Source of the DNA: a virus
Lineage: Duplodnaviria; Heunggongvirae; Uroviricota; Caudoviricetes
Virus record (IMG/VR): IMGVR_UViG_3300001199_000001
Coordinates: 133,404 to 197,403 of that record
Length of the DNA stretch: 64,000 nucleotides
Direction: 5' to 3' (one strand)
The position numbers were made by a program, and so were the translations under genes. Below the pieces are notes generated by a model. The model was not told where the DNA came from, searched no databases, and was given only the letters and a program-made list of their open reading frames with translations. Positions 27,349 through 37,034 of this stretch are shown one piece after another; position 1 is the stretch's first letter, and every line of letters starts with the position of its first letter.

Positions 27349-27591
27349 ACAAAATTGCTTGACAACGTCACTGACATATAATATGTAGTGCAAATCAGTT
27401 TCCAGCGGGCACGGACGCAAGTCCACCTACGATCCCTAAACGCGTTAGGGGGAGGCGCTAGGAAAAACGGTCGGTGGTGACATCGGCAAGCGGCGACCGG
27501 GGAAGCGAGGCCCCACACTCGGAAGCTGCGAACTTTATTTACGCAGGCGGATGTATCCGAAAGGGTAAGTCCGTCTCCGTAAGTAAATTGA

Positions 27592-27668
27592 CGCGGGATG
27601 GAGCAGCCCAGTAGCTCGTCAGTCTCATACGCTGAAGGTCGCCAGTGCGAATCTGGCTCCCGCACCCA
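27592..27668 (+). tRNA. tRNA-Met(CAT), initiator-like
   Basis: Cloverleaf CGCGGGA/TCCCGCA with C1:A72 mismatch, loop CTCATAC, encoded CCA. Confidence 0.9.
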
Positions 27669-27689
27669 ATTAGGTTCGTACGTCGGAGA

Positions 27690-28201
27690 GAGCGTGCGGC
27701 CTTAGGAGTTAGTCAGCGACGGCTGCTAACTCCGCATAAATTTACGGGCAGGTCGGGGCGAAAGTCAAGGCAGGCCCTCCAAAACGGCTCGCCTGCCATG
27801 TGTAGGAAGAGTATTCGGGATCGTTTCGGCAAGACCGGGACGGTCCCAGCAATATCCCCGCGAGGGAACGAACGTCGGAAGTAGCGGACGTGACAAGCTG
27901 GAGAGGACAGCACTTCAGGGGCCAGATGATGGGTTGGCCTTTGGTGAACGCCGACCCCGAGGCGTGACGGCGAGAGAGAACGCACAAATAGATAAAGGCG
28001 CGGGAGATTTGTTACCCCGGCTCATCTATTTAGCGTCAGTGAGGTGAGAACGCCCTCCTCATACACCGCCTAGGCGGTAAAGTAGGCTCAGGCCGAAGAG
28101 ATGCAGGATTCCATGCCGTTCGCGGGTGGATGAAAACCGGGGACCCTGCCGCTGACGATTTCATAAGCAAAAACCGCCGCCACCTTGGCGGCGGTACGCT
28201 C
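27690..28201 (+). ncRNA. Candidate ~510-nt structured RNA (ROOL size class, family unconfirmed)
   Basis: Closing stem GAGCGTGC/GTACGCTC, several long internal helices, no credible ORF, directly after the tRNA. Confidence 0.5.
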
Positions 28202-28212
28202 ATGGGATCGTC

Positions 28213-28353
28213 ATGAAAGATTACGCAAAAGACCTCCGCTACATCGCTGTTCAGACTGGCGCCGATCTTATCGCGCTGGCTCGTCGTCTCGGACAACAGC
28301 GCCCCGAGCAAGACCCTATAGCGAAGTACACATGGAAAAAGGCCCGCCAGTAG
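28213..28353 (+). CDS. Small hypothetical protein (46 aa)
   Basis: MKDYAKDLRYIAVQTGADLIALARRLG..; ends inside the terminator. Confidence 0.4.
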   Translation: MKDYAKDLRYIAVQTGADLIALARRLGQQRPEQDPIAKYTWKKARQ

Positions 28354-28363
28354 GCGGGCCTTT
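28336..28363. terminator. Bidirectional terminator
   Basis: AAAAAGGCCCGCC-AGTA-GGCGGGCCTTT between convergent units. Confidence 0.85.
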
Positions 28364-28366
28364 GAT

Positions 28367-29839
28367 TCATTCAGCGATGCCGCACATCAATGGATTGTCG
28401 ATGTGACCCTCGTAGACGTGGACCGGCTGTCCCCAAAGACGCCGGACATGTTTCATCATCGGCGTTGGATCGGCGATCATACGGTTCTTATGTGGCGTCC
28501 ACCTGATCCACAGGCGCCGTTGGTCGTCCACCCGGAACACCTCCAGCTTCGGCACGTAGGCTTCGCGTTCGTGGCTATCGGCCAAGGTCTCGCGGATGTT
28601 GTGATAGCCCTGCTCGTTTTGGATCGCCTTGACCTGATATTTGTCGTCTTCCCGGTCATCGAACACGTGGAAGAAACCAAAGTCGCGTATGACCTTTGGC
28701 GATAGGAACTGCCGGATCATACTTTCGTCGCGGTAATTGGCCACGATATCCTTGATCACCTCACGCCCGTTGACGCCGGTAAGATCAGGGAACCACTGTT
28801 TATCCTCATCGGTCGGATTTGCGCAGATGCGCTCGACATCCCGAAGAATCTCGAAGCCAAGCTTGTACGGGTTGATGCCGCTGTATCGCTTGTCGTTCCA
28901 GCGGGGCTGGAAGAGAACGTTGGCGTGCAGCATCAACCACTCTAGTTGAGAGCCGTCGGTGATCAGGCCCTTCTCATGAAGACGGTTCATGATCGTGTAG
29001 TGAGTCCACGAGGCAAAGCCCTCGTTGGCGACCTTGGTCTGGCCTTGCGGATAAAAATACTGGGCGACCTTCCGGACGATACGAATTAACTCACGCTGCC
29101 ACGGCTTTAGCGACGGCGAGTGTTTCTCACAGAAATAGAGGATGTTTTCCTCCGGGCTCTCCGGGAAGAATTTATCGTCTTCCGGGGTCTCCTCCTCATC
29201 GGGCAAAATTCGGTAAAGCTCGTCGACCCGCGATTGCAGGTACCTCTCGCGTTCCTTCTGACGCTCGCGCTCTTTAGCCAGGGAAATCTTCGATGGACGC
29301 TTATAGCGATTGATGCCGTAGTTCATCAGCGCATGGCAGGAGTCTAGGAACTGCTCGACCTCGTCGTGTCCGTGCTTGAACTCGCAGTCGGCGACATAAT
29401 CCTTAGCGAAGATCATATAGTCGACGATACTCTCAGCGTCGGTCCAAGTTTTGAATAGGTAGTTGCATTTGAAGAACGAATTATGCCCGACCCCAGCGTG
29501 CGCCATGACCAGCCCTTGGGTGGTCATCGTGTTTTCTTCCATGAGATAGTTCACACACGGAGAAGAATTGATGACCAATTCATAGGCGAGTCCACTCGCC
29601 CCTGACTTGTATGATTGATGCTGCGCGGCGAAGCTCTTACCGAAGCTCCAGTGATTATAATAGATGGGCAGGCCGATGCTCGAATAAGCATCCAGCATCT
29701 GGTCGCTGGTGATAATTTCGAACTGGTTTCGATAAATGTCGAAACCAAGCTCTTCGTCGTTGATGGTTTGAATGGCGGCCCAAGTCCGATTGATCCGGTC
29801 GAAGGTCCACTCACTGTCCGTCCACAGGGGCTCGGTCAT
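28367..29839 (-). CDS. ycgB: SpoVR/YcgB family protein
   Basis: YNHWSFGK, GLAYELVINS, AHAGVGHNSFFK and QTKVANEGFASWTHY. Confidence 0.95.
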   Translation of the reverse strand: MTEPLWTDSEWTFDRINRTWAAIQTINDEELGFDIYRNQFEIITSDQMLDAYSSIGLPIYYNHWSFGKSFAAQHQSYKSGASGLAYELVINSSPCVNYLMEENTMTTQGLVMAHAGVGHNSFFKCNYLFKTWTDAESIVDYMIFAKDYVADCEFKHGHDEVEQFLDSCHALMNYGINRYKRPSKISLAKERERQKERERYLQSRVDELYRILPDEEETPEDDKFFPESPEENILYFCEKHSPSLKPWQRELIRIVRKVAQYFYPQGQTKVANEGFASWTHYTIMNRLHEKGLITDGSQLEWLMLHANVLFQPRWNDKRYSGINPYKLGFEILRDVERICANPTDEDKQWFPDLTGVNGREVIKDIVANYRDESMIRQFLSPKVIRDFGFFHVFDDREDDKYQVKAIQNEQGYHNIRETLADSHEREAYVPKLEVFRVDDQRRLWIRWTPHKNRMIADPTPMMKHVRRLWGQPVHVYEGHIDNPLMCGIAE

Positions 29840-31158
29840 TCCCTATCCTTACTGAAAAGCTTACGGAAGACGCTGATGACCTCTTTGTCGTCATCGATCT
29901 GCGCCATATCCATGTTCCGGTGTTTGAGGTTGGCGATCTTGAGCACCTTCCACAGACCCTCATCGTACATCAGCGATCCCCAGAAGGAGTGCTTCTTGTA
30001 GGGGTGCGGGACCTCGATATAGTTGAAGTGCTGGCACATCGGCAGGAGCCTATCGAGCGCGCTAAGCACGACCGGGTTATCACTGTCGGAGTTATCACCG
30101 TCACTGACCTGCGCGAGATAAATATTCCAATCATCGACCGGGTAACGCGCTGAGATCACGCTTTGGACGACTTCGTAGGCCGTAGAGACGACCGTCCCGC
30201 CGCTCTCCCGTGAGTTAAAGAAGGCATCCTCATCGCATTCGATGGCCGTGTCGTGGTGCCGAACGAAAACCACGTCGATGTTGCGATACTGACGGCGGAG
30301 GAAAAGACTGAGCAGTAGGAAAAATTTCTTGGCGATGGTTTTCTCGCGGTTACCCATCGAACCCGATACGTCCATCACGCAGATCATCACTGCCTGGACG
30401 GAGGGGCGGGGGTGTTTGACGAAATTGTTGAACCGCAGATCGACATCGTCGAGGAAGGTGACGGCGTTCGCGCGCCGCCGCAAAACTGAAATCTGCTCTT
30501 CGATTTCAGGGATCGACGCCCTTATGCTGTCGTGAGTTTCCGGGTGCAGTCCCAGATCAAGGATTTCCTGATATTGGGCTAGCTGCTCTTCCAATTCCTT
30601 GATCTTGGCCATCTTCGGCGACCGCAAGGCGATCCTTCGGCCGAGGCCCGCGATAGCCGTGCGTTCAACGTTGAGATTGGCGGGGATGCCGACACTGGTG
30701 TGTCCGGCGCGAACGGTGTCGTATTTGACCACATTTTTCTCTGACTGCTTGACCATGTCCGGCAGTTCGAGGTCTTCAAAAATGATGTTCAGATACTCGT
30801 CGTAGGACAAGGCAAAGTCGAAGTCGTCTTCATCTGGACCGTCTGAGGAACCGCCGCGTCCCATGCCGTTAGGGTCGCTCTCAGGCTTATAGATGCTGTC
30901 GCCCGGCACGTAGTCCTTGTTGCCCGGCAGGACATAATCGTATTCACCGAACTCGCGGTCGTGATGAAATTGCGGCTCGTCGATCCCGTCATGCGGAATG
31001 GAGATATCCGCATCGGTCGTGTCGTTGATGGACCGCCCGGCGATCTTACGCCGGGCGGCATCCTGAATAGACTTCTTAGCCCGGCCGACAAACCGCTGAC
31101 GGTTGTTAAGCGACTTTCCTTGCGGGTTTTTGCGTCGGTCGATGATGATACTGGACAA
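29836..31158 (-). CDS. yeaH: YeaH/YhbH (DUF444) vWA protein
   Basis: IIDRRKNPQGKS, PGNKDY, MDVSGSM, RESGGTVVS and SDGDN. Confidence 0.95.
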   Translation of the reverse strand: MSSIIIDRRKNPQGKSLNNRQRFVGRAKKSIQDAARRKIAGRSINDTTDADISIPHDGIDEPQFHHDREFGEYDYVLPGNKDYVPGDSIYKPESDPNGMGRGGSSDGPDEDDFDFALSYDEYLNIIFEDLELPDMVKQSEKNVVKYDTVRAGHTSVGIPANLNVERTAIAGLGRRIALRSPKMAKIKELEEQLAQYQEILDLGLHPETHDSIRASIPEIEEQISVLRRRANAVTFLDDVDLRFNNFVKHPRPSVQAVMICVMDVSGSMGNREKTIAKKFFLLLSLFLRRQYRNIDVVFVRHHDTAIECDEDAFFNSRESGGTVVSTAYEVVQSVISARYPVDDWNIYLAQVSDGDNSDSDNPVVLSALDRLLPMCQHFNYIEVPHPYKKHSFWGSLMYDEGLWKVLKIANLKHRNMDMAQIDDDKEVISVFRKLFSKDRE

Positions 31159-31350
31159 CGCGTTATCCCTTTAAGATAGGCGGTTGATTATGCTGCTCAT
31201 AGTTCGAAGGGTATCTTGTGCTCGATCTTGAGCGGCAGGTTCTTCACGTCGGAGCATTCGATGAGGGCGCAGTCGCCGGGCATAACCTCAGCGAGAACGC
31301 GGCGACTGCGAGTCCACACCACCACCATCTCATCGCCTAAGTTCTCAAGC

Positions 31351-31782
31351 TTAAGCAGCAACCGCCACCTGTCTTTCGATCTCAGCCACTAGCTGCGGCT
31401 CCGGCGGCTGCCATGACGGCGGCTTCATGACCTTGCCATCTTCTTTGAAGCGCGGCTTGCCGTCTTCCCAAAGCTTGGCCATGTTAGCGCCTTGGACGAT
31501 ATCCCAGAGATTCCCAGGCTGTACGCCCATGACCACCAGACCGCCCATTGCGAAGTAGAGGATGTCCAAGAAGGCGTCGGCTTGGTCGACGATAGTTGTC
31601 GCCTCGCCGAGTTCACGGACCTCTTCCTTGATCCATTCCGACCGCCGCGTGACCTCGAATTCATTCATCAAGGTCGGCCCGTCGGGAGCCGGATGGTTAA
31701 ACGCGAGGTGGAAGTCGCGGACTTCGTGCCACTGTTTATTCACGCAGTCCGCCTTTCGGATTTCCGCTGCTCGTTTTTCCAC
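31351..31782 (-). CDS. MazG-like / PRA-PH family NTP pyrophosphohydrolase
   Basis: VRDFHLAF, EEVREL, DAFLDILY, VQGANMAK and DGKVMKP. Confidence 0.88.
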   Translation of the reverse strand: MEKRAAEIRKADCVNKQWHEVRDFHLAFNHPAPDGPTLMNEFEVTRRSEWIKEEVRELGEATTIVDQADAFLDILYFAMGGLVVMGVQPGNLWDIVQGANMAKLWEDGKPRFKEDGKVMKPPSWQPPEPQLVAEIERQVAVAA

Positions 31783-32192
31783 TCTTCGAATGTATTGTAT
31801 TGCACACCGTAAGCTGCATTAACTACAACCCCGTTCGAATGCCTGACATCAAAGCTGTTAGAGTCAGCGGCATCATTAATCCCATTTGCTGTAATGGGCA
31901 TTAAAGTTCCAGACACATTAACGGCCCACCCAATAACCGGTATTGAATGAATGTAGTAACCTTCAGATAAATTTTCGTCAGGCCAGTATGATATTAAGTC
32001 AGTATCGGGCGAAGCGGCGAACGTCGAAACTATAGGACTAATGAAATCGTTCAATTCATATGAACTGACCTCTATGCTTCGTTCGCCCTTAAGATATACA
32101 TAATGCCTGTCATTATCTAGTTTCTTGGATATCTCTGTTACCCTACTGATTGGGTAATAGGCTCCATGAATATCTTTAAGAAATGCTGTCAT
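31740..32192 (-). CDS. Hypothetical protein, AT-rich
   Basis: 150-aa ORF, visibly lower GC than its flanks. Confidence 0.7.
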   Translation of the reverse strand: MTAFLKDIHGAYYPISRVTEISKKLDNDRHYVYLKGERSIEVSSYELNDFISPIVSTFAASPDTDLISYWPDENLSEGYYIHSIPVIGWAVNVSGTLMPITANGINDAADSNSFDVRHSNGVVVNAAYGVQYNTFEEWKNEQRKSERRTA

Positions 32193-32193
32193 T

Positions 32194-34134
32194 TTATCCG
32201 GCCTTCCGAGTGCGTTGATACCATTCCACCACGCGCCGGACCTGACGGGGGGTGTAGCCCTTGGCGCACATCCGCTCGACGAAGTCCTTGTGCTTCTGTT
32301 CGGTCTCGCGGTCCTGCTTGGCGCCGAACGAGATCACCGGCAGAAGCTCTTCAACGGACGAGAACATCTTCTTCTCGATGACGCGCTTCAGTTTCTCGTA
32401 GGCGGTCCACTTGACGATATCGCCTTCACGGGCCTTCTTCCGCAGAACGAAGTTCACGACCTCATGGCGGAAGTCCTTTGGGTTGGCGATACCCGCTGCC
32501 TTTTCGATCTTCTCAAGCTCGTTATTGAGGAGTTCGCGGTTGAACAGGTTGCCGGTGTCAGGGTCCTTGAAGTCGATCTCTTGCATCCAGTGATCGGCGT
32601 ACTCAAGATAGCGGTCGAACAGGTTCTGGCCGAACTCATCGTACGCCTCAAGGTAGGCCGTCTGAATTTCGTTACCGATGAAGTCGCGGTACTCCGGAAC
32701 GAGGCGTTCCTTGATGTAATTCAGGTACTTAAGTTCGATCTCTTTCGGGAACTGCTCGCGGCGGATAGCGTCTTCGAGCACTAACATGATGTGAACCGGG
32801 TCCGTGGAGACCTCATCGCTATCGTAGTTGTATGCCTTCGAGAGGATTTTGAAGGCGAAGCGCGTCGAGATGCCCGACATACCTTCATCCATCCCGGCGT
32901 CGTCGCGATATTCCTGGACCGATTTGGCGCGGGGATCGGTTTCCTTGATGTTCTCGCCGTCGTAGACGCGCATCTTGGACCACTCATTCGAGTTCGGGTG
33001 ATCCTTGAGGCGGGAGAGAACGCTGAAGCGAGACAGCAGTCGAAGGGTCTCAGGCGCGATAGGAGCCTTCGCAAGGTCCGACGATTGCAGCATCTTTTCG
33101 TAGATGGATTGCTCTTCAGTGACCCGCAGGCAGTACGGAACCTTGACCACGCAGATGCGGTCGATGAAGGCTTCGTTGTTCTTGTTATTCTTGAACGTCT
33201 GCCATTCGGCTTCGTTCGAGTGCGCCAAGATCATGCCATTGAACGGGATAGCCGAGATCGCTTCGGTGCCGACGTAGTTGCCTTCTTGCGTGGCGGTCAG
33301 CAGCGGGTGGAGCACCTTGATCGGCGCCTTGAACATCTCGACAAATTCCATCAGGCCTTGGTTGGCCCGGCAGAGCGCGCCGGAGAAGGCGTAGGCGTCA
33401 GGATCGCTTTGCGAGAAGTGCTCCAGCTTGCGGATGTCGGTCTTGCCGACGAGGCAGGAGATATCTTGGTTATTCTCGTCGCCCGGCTCGGTCTTGGCGA
33501 TGCTGATTTGTTCGAGACGCGAGGGCCAGACCTTGGCGACGCGGAACTTGCGGATGTCGCCGCCGAAGCCCTTGAGGCGCTTGACCGCCCATGGCGACAG
33601 GATCGATGAGAGGTAACGACGCTCGATGCCGTAGCGCTCGCTTAGTTCGGTAGCGAATTTATCGGCAGGGAAGAGGCCGAGCGGGCTTTCGAACACCGGG
33701 CTCATCTCTTCGCCCGCGCATAGGACGTAGATGGGATAGGACTCCATCAATTCCTTCAGGCGTTCAGCGATGGAGGATTTACCGCCGCCAACCGGGCCGA
33801 GCAGATAGAGAATCTGCTTACGCTCTTCGAGGCCCTGCGCCGATTGACGGAAGTAGGCGACGATACGCTCGACGGTATCTTCCATGCCGTAAAAATTGGC
33901 GAAGGTCGGATAGATGCGGAGCGTCTTGTTCAGGTAGATACGCGACAGGCGCGGATCGGTCGAAGTATCGAGCTTAACCGGCTCGCCAATTGCCTTGACC
34001 ATCCGCTCCGGAGCGGAAGCATAAGCCATCGGATCAACTTTGCAGAGGTCTAGGTAATCTCCCAGGTCCATGTATTCGACTTGGGACTTTTCGTAGTTGT
34101 CTCGAAAGAGATCAAACAGCGACGGTGCGGGCAT
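32194..34134 (-). CDS. yeaG: PrkA/YeaG AAA+ ATPase / Ser kinase family
   Basis: GPVGGGKS, PGDENNQDIS, ANQGLMEFVEMFK, AHSNE and GISTRF. Confidence 0.96.
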   Translation of the reverse strand: MPAPSLFDLFRDNYEKSQVEYMDLGDYLDLCKVDPMAYASAPERMVKAIGEPVKLDTSTDPRLSRIYLNKTLRIYPTFANFYGMEDTVERIVAYFRQSAQGLEERKQILYLLGPVGGGKSSIAERLKELMESYPIYVLCAGEEMSPVFESPLGLFPADKFATELSERYGIERRYLSSILSPWAVKRLKGFGGDIRKFRVAKVWPSRLEQISIAKTEPGDENNQDISCLVGKTDIRKLEHFSQSDPDAYAFSGALCRANQGLMEFVEMFKAPIKVLHPLLTATQEGNYVGTEAISAIPFNGMILAHSNEAEWQTFKNNKNNEAFIDRICVVKVPYCLRVTEEQSIYEKMLQSSDLAKAPIAPETLRLLSRFSVLSRLKDHPNSNEWSKMRVYDGENIKETDPRAKSVQEYRDDAGMDEGMSGISTRFAFKILSKAYNYDSDEVSTDPVHIMLVLEDAIRREQFPKEIELKYLNYIKERLVPEYRDFIGNEIQTAYLEAYDEFGQNLFDRYLEYADHWMQEIDFKDPDTGNLFNRELLNNELEKIEKAAGIANPKDFRHEVVNFVLRKKAREGDIVKWTAYEKLKRVIEKKMFSSVEELLPVISFGAKQDRETEQKHKDFVERMCAKGYTPRQVRRVVEWYQRTRKAG

Positions 34135-34319
34135 CAGCGGGTTACTCCAAGCTACCCCGCCAGACCACCACCTTTCGTGACCCGTGTCAAGAAAACTGAC
34201 ACGGAATGTTCGTGATAATGACCTGCGACCTTTTTACAGGCCGGTTTCGATGACGAAATGTGTTGACAACTGACGCTTGTTTCCGTATGGTCCGGCCTCA
34301 TTCACAGAGAACAAGGACG

Positions 34320-35540
34320 ATGGTACAGGAACTCGACGGTTTATATGGCGGAAAGATTAAGGCGTGGACCGATGGTGTCGCCTTCGAAGATCGTGCGCGC
34401 GAGCAGGCCTCGAATGTCGCCGCCCTGCCGTTCATCTTCAAGTACGTCGCGATCATGCCGGACGTGCACGCCGGGTACGGCGCGACCGTCGGTTCCGTCA
34501 TCCCGACTAAGGATGTCATCATCCCATATGCGGTTGGCGTCGACATCGGCTGCGGGATGACCGCTGTACGTACGTCGCTGACGGCTTCGGACCTGCCAGA
34601 CAATCTCTTTGATATCCGGACGGCTATTGAGCGTGCCGTTCCGCACGGCGGACCGGGCGTGAAGGGTTCGTGGTCTGAAGCCGGTCGCGGCGGCGTACCG
34701 ACGCGAATCGCCAAGACGTGGAATCAGTCAGGTCTTGCCGACGGGTTCAAGAAGCTCGTCGAAAAGACGCCGACGCTCGAACGGGCGGCGACGGTAACGC
34801 AACTTGGCTCGCTCGGCGGCGGCAACCACTTCATCGAGCTTTGCCTTGATGAGGACAACCGTGTCTGGGTGATGTTACACTCAGGCTCGCGTGGCGTCGG
34901 CAATGTGATCGGGACGCAGTTCGTCGCTGAGGCAAAGGAGCTTCTGCTTCGCCGTGGAGTAGTTCCGCGCGACCGTGACCTTGCCTACCTCCTGAAGGGC
35001 GAGGACGCCTTCGACCGCTACGTCGAGGCCGTCGAGTGGGGACAGAACTTCGCTCGCGTGAATCGCGAGATGATGATGATCCGCGTGCTCGAAGCGCTGC
35101 GCAAGACCGGCTTGCCGTCCTTCCAGACGGATAAGGAAGCGGTCTCGTGCCACCACAACTACGTGGCGCGTGAAACGCACTTTGGCGAAGACATCTTCGT
35201 GACCCGTAAAGGTGCGGTGTCGGCTCAACTCGGCGAATTCGGGATTATTCCGGGTTCAATGGGCGCGCGTTCCTTTATCGTTCGCGGTAAGGGTAACATC
35301 GATTCGTTCTGCTCATGCTCCCACGGTGCTGGACGGGTCATGTCACGTGGCGAAGCCAAGCGGTCTATCTCGCTCGAACAGCACATTGCCGACACGGCGG
35401 GCGTCGAGTGCCGTAAGGATGATTCGGTGCGTGACGAATCGCCGAAGGCCTACAAAAACATCGACGACGTGATGGCGGCTCAGGCCGACCTTGTGGATAT
35501 TGTTCACACCCTGAAGCAAGTCGTTTGCGTGAAGGGTTGA
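34320..35540 (+). CDS. rtcB: RNA 3'-phosphate/5'-OH ligase RtcB
   Basis: MPDVHAG, VGVDIGCG, GGGNHFIE, HSGSRG, HHNY, RKGA, PGSMG and SHGAGR. Confidence 0.97.
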   Translation: MVQELDGLYGGKIKAWTDGVAFEDRAREQASNVAALPFIFKYVAIMPDVHAGYGATVGSVIPTKDVIIPYAVGVDIGCGMTAVRTSLTASDLPDNLFDIRTAIERAVPHGGPGVKGSWSEAGRGGVPTRIAKTWNQSGLADGFKKLVEKTPTLERAATVTQLGSLGGGNHFIELCLDEDNRVWVMLHSGSRGVGNVIGTQFVAEAKELLLRRGVVPRDRDLAYLLKGEDAFDRYVEAVEWGQNFARVNREMMMIRVLEALRKTGLPSFQTDKEAVSCHHNYVARETHFGEDIFVTRKGAVSAQLGEFGIIPGSMGARSFIVRGKGNIDSFCSCSHGAGRVMSRGEAKRSISLEQHIADTAGVECRKDDSVRDESPKAYKNIDDVMAAQADLVDIVHTLKQVVCVKG

Positions 35541-35756
35541 CGTGTCGTCCTGTCTCCTGAAAGCGCCGAGGTTCTTTTCCAAAGAGGACGGGATATCCTA
35601 TTTCAAGTGGATATCCCGTCTTCCCGGTTTCAGGGACTTGAAGATCGCTGGAAAGCATGTCTGGGTCGACTTCGAGGGAGCCATCCCGCCGGAGGCTAAA
35701 AAGGAAATCGAGGCCCTAGAGCGTCGCTATCTGATGTCGTCGCTAGAGGATTATGC

Positions 35757-36134
35757 ATGAGCTACCGAAAAATCACCGTAGACGGCAAAACCTACGAATA
35801 CGTCGTCGGGCGTACTCATCTCAAAATCAAAGGGTTCGGCCTGTTCGCGACCGCCGAGATCGGGAATCCCGTCCGGAAGGGCCGAAAGGCTCCAGGGATA
35901 GACGCTTGGGGAAGGCGTAACCGTGGCGATGCCTATGAAGCATTCGTAATTACGCCTGAGGTTGTTCGTCGTGTGATCAAAGGAGAATCCCTGCCTTTGG
36001 TCTTCCATTGCGAGCGGCATGGTGTCAGCACCTCCCGCCTAACTACTGATCCCTTCTCAGCCGAAATCTACGGTAAATACCCGACGATGGTGGACTGCGG
36101 AGAATGCGTCCAGAACCGTGCGTGGGAAATCTGA
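35757..36134 (+). CDS. Hypothetical protein
   Basis: RBS GAGGA and operon coupling. Confidence 0.65.
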   Translation: MSYRKITVDGKTYEYVVGRTHLKIKGFGLFATAEIGNPVRKGRKAPGIDAWGRRNRGDAYEAFVITPEVVRRVIKGESLPLVFHCERHGVSTSRLTTDPFSAEIYGKYPTMVDCGECVQNRAWEI

Positions 36135-36584
36135 ATGAATATCGCTATAACTGGGGAACCCATGCTCTGGACGGACGAACGCGTCGAGACACTTATGGCC
36201 ATGCGCGCCAAAAGGATATCATCCGGCAAGATCGCGCTCGAACTCGGCGTCACCCGTAGCGCCGTAATGGGCAAGCTGAACCGCATACGGGCCGCTGAAA
36301 AAGCTGCCTTGGAGCCGCAGAAGATGCTTGTCAAACCGTTGCCCACGCCGGTCAAGATGGGGCCATCCGCGCCGCGTAGCTTTGGAGCCGTTGAGCCGCG
36401 CGGTGCGGCTACCGTCATGACCCTGAATCATACGACCTGCAAATGGCCCATCGGCGATCCTCAGAGTGATGATTTCACCTTCTGCGGCAAGCGCCCTGAC
36501 AAGGGCGTATACTGCCCTGCTCACGCGAAGATCGCCTACAACCCTCCGCCGCGTCGAACGTCTAGAGCCACGGTAAATGCCTAA
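36135..36584 (+). CDS. gcrA: GcrA cell-cycle regulator homolog
   Basis: WTDERVETL..IALELGVTRSAVMGKLNR; CKWPIGDP..FTFCG..YCPAHAKIAY. Confidence 0.94.
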   Translation: MNIAITGEPMLWTDERVETLMAMRAKRISSGKIALELGVTRSAVMGKLNRIRAAEKAALEPQKMLVKPLPTPVKMGPSAPRSFGAVEPRGAATVMTLNHTTCKWPIGDPQSDDFTFCGKRPDKGVYCPAHAKIAYNPPPRRTSRATVNA

Positions 36585-36773
36585 ACCGAAGGTTACGCCT
36601 TTAGAGCCGATCATCTTGCCGAAGAAGCTTTGTCGTGCGTGTGGTAAAGGTCTCCTTAACGCTACCTTTGCTGGACTAGGATGGACGTGCTTGGCGGATG
36701 GCTGCACAGGCGGCACGCGTCAGGACCCCGCGCTTGAAGCGCCGAAGAAACGACGATCCCGGCAGGTCGAGCT

Positions 36774-37034
36774 ATGAGGCCCGCGCCGATCATCGACAAG
36801 ACGAAGTGGTACGTTCATGTCAACCAAGGGATCATCCGATCCAACTTCAGTAAAGGTACTGACGAGCCCGTTTTTCGCTACCAGAAGGGCGGCTACGGCA
36901 AACCTGTTTACGCACATGAACTACGCTTTGCGGGGGGTAGAACCATCGTCTCACGTAACGGCCTTCCACTCCTGCCTTGCGGAGCCCGCGTTATAATCGA
37001 ATGTGATATCGAACCTGAGATTATCGAGCCATGA
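36774..37034 (+). CDS. Conserved phage hypothetical protein
   Basis: VHVNQGII..PLLPCGARVIIE motif. Confidence 0.65.
   Translation: MRPAPIIDKTKWYVHVNQGIIRSNFSKGTDEPVFRYQKGGYGKPVYAHELRFAGGRTIVSRNGLPLLPCGARVIIECDIEPEIIEP

Noticed and set aside
27400-27590. c-di-GMP-I riboswitch suggested by GCAA/GAAA loops
   Set aside because: The order and spacing of the conserved elements do not fit, and the downstream gene is a tRNA
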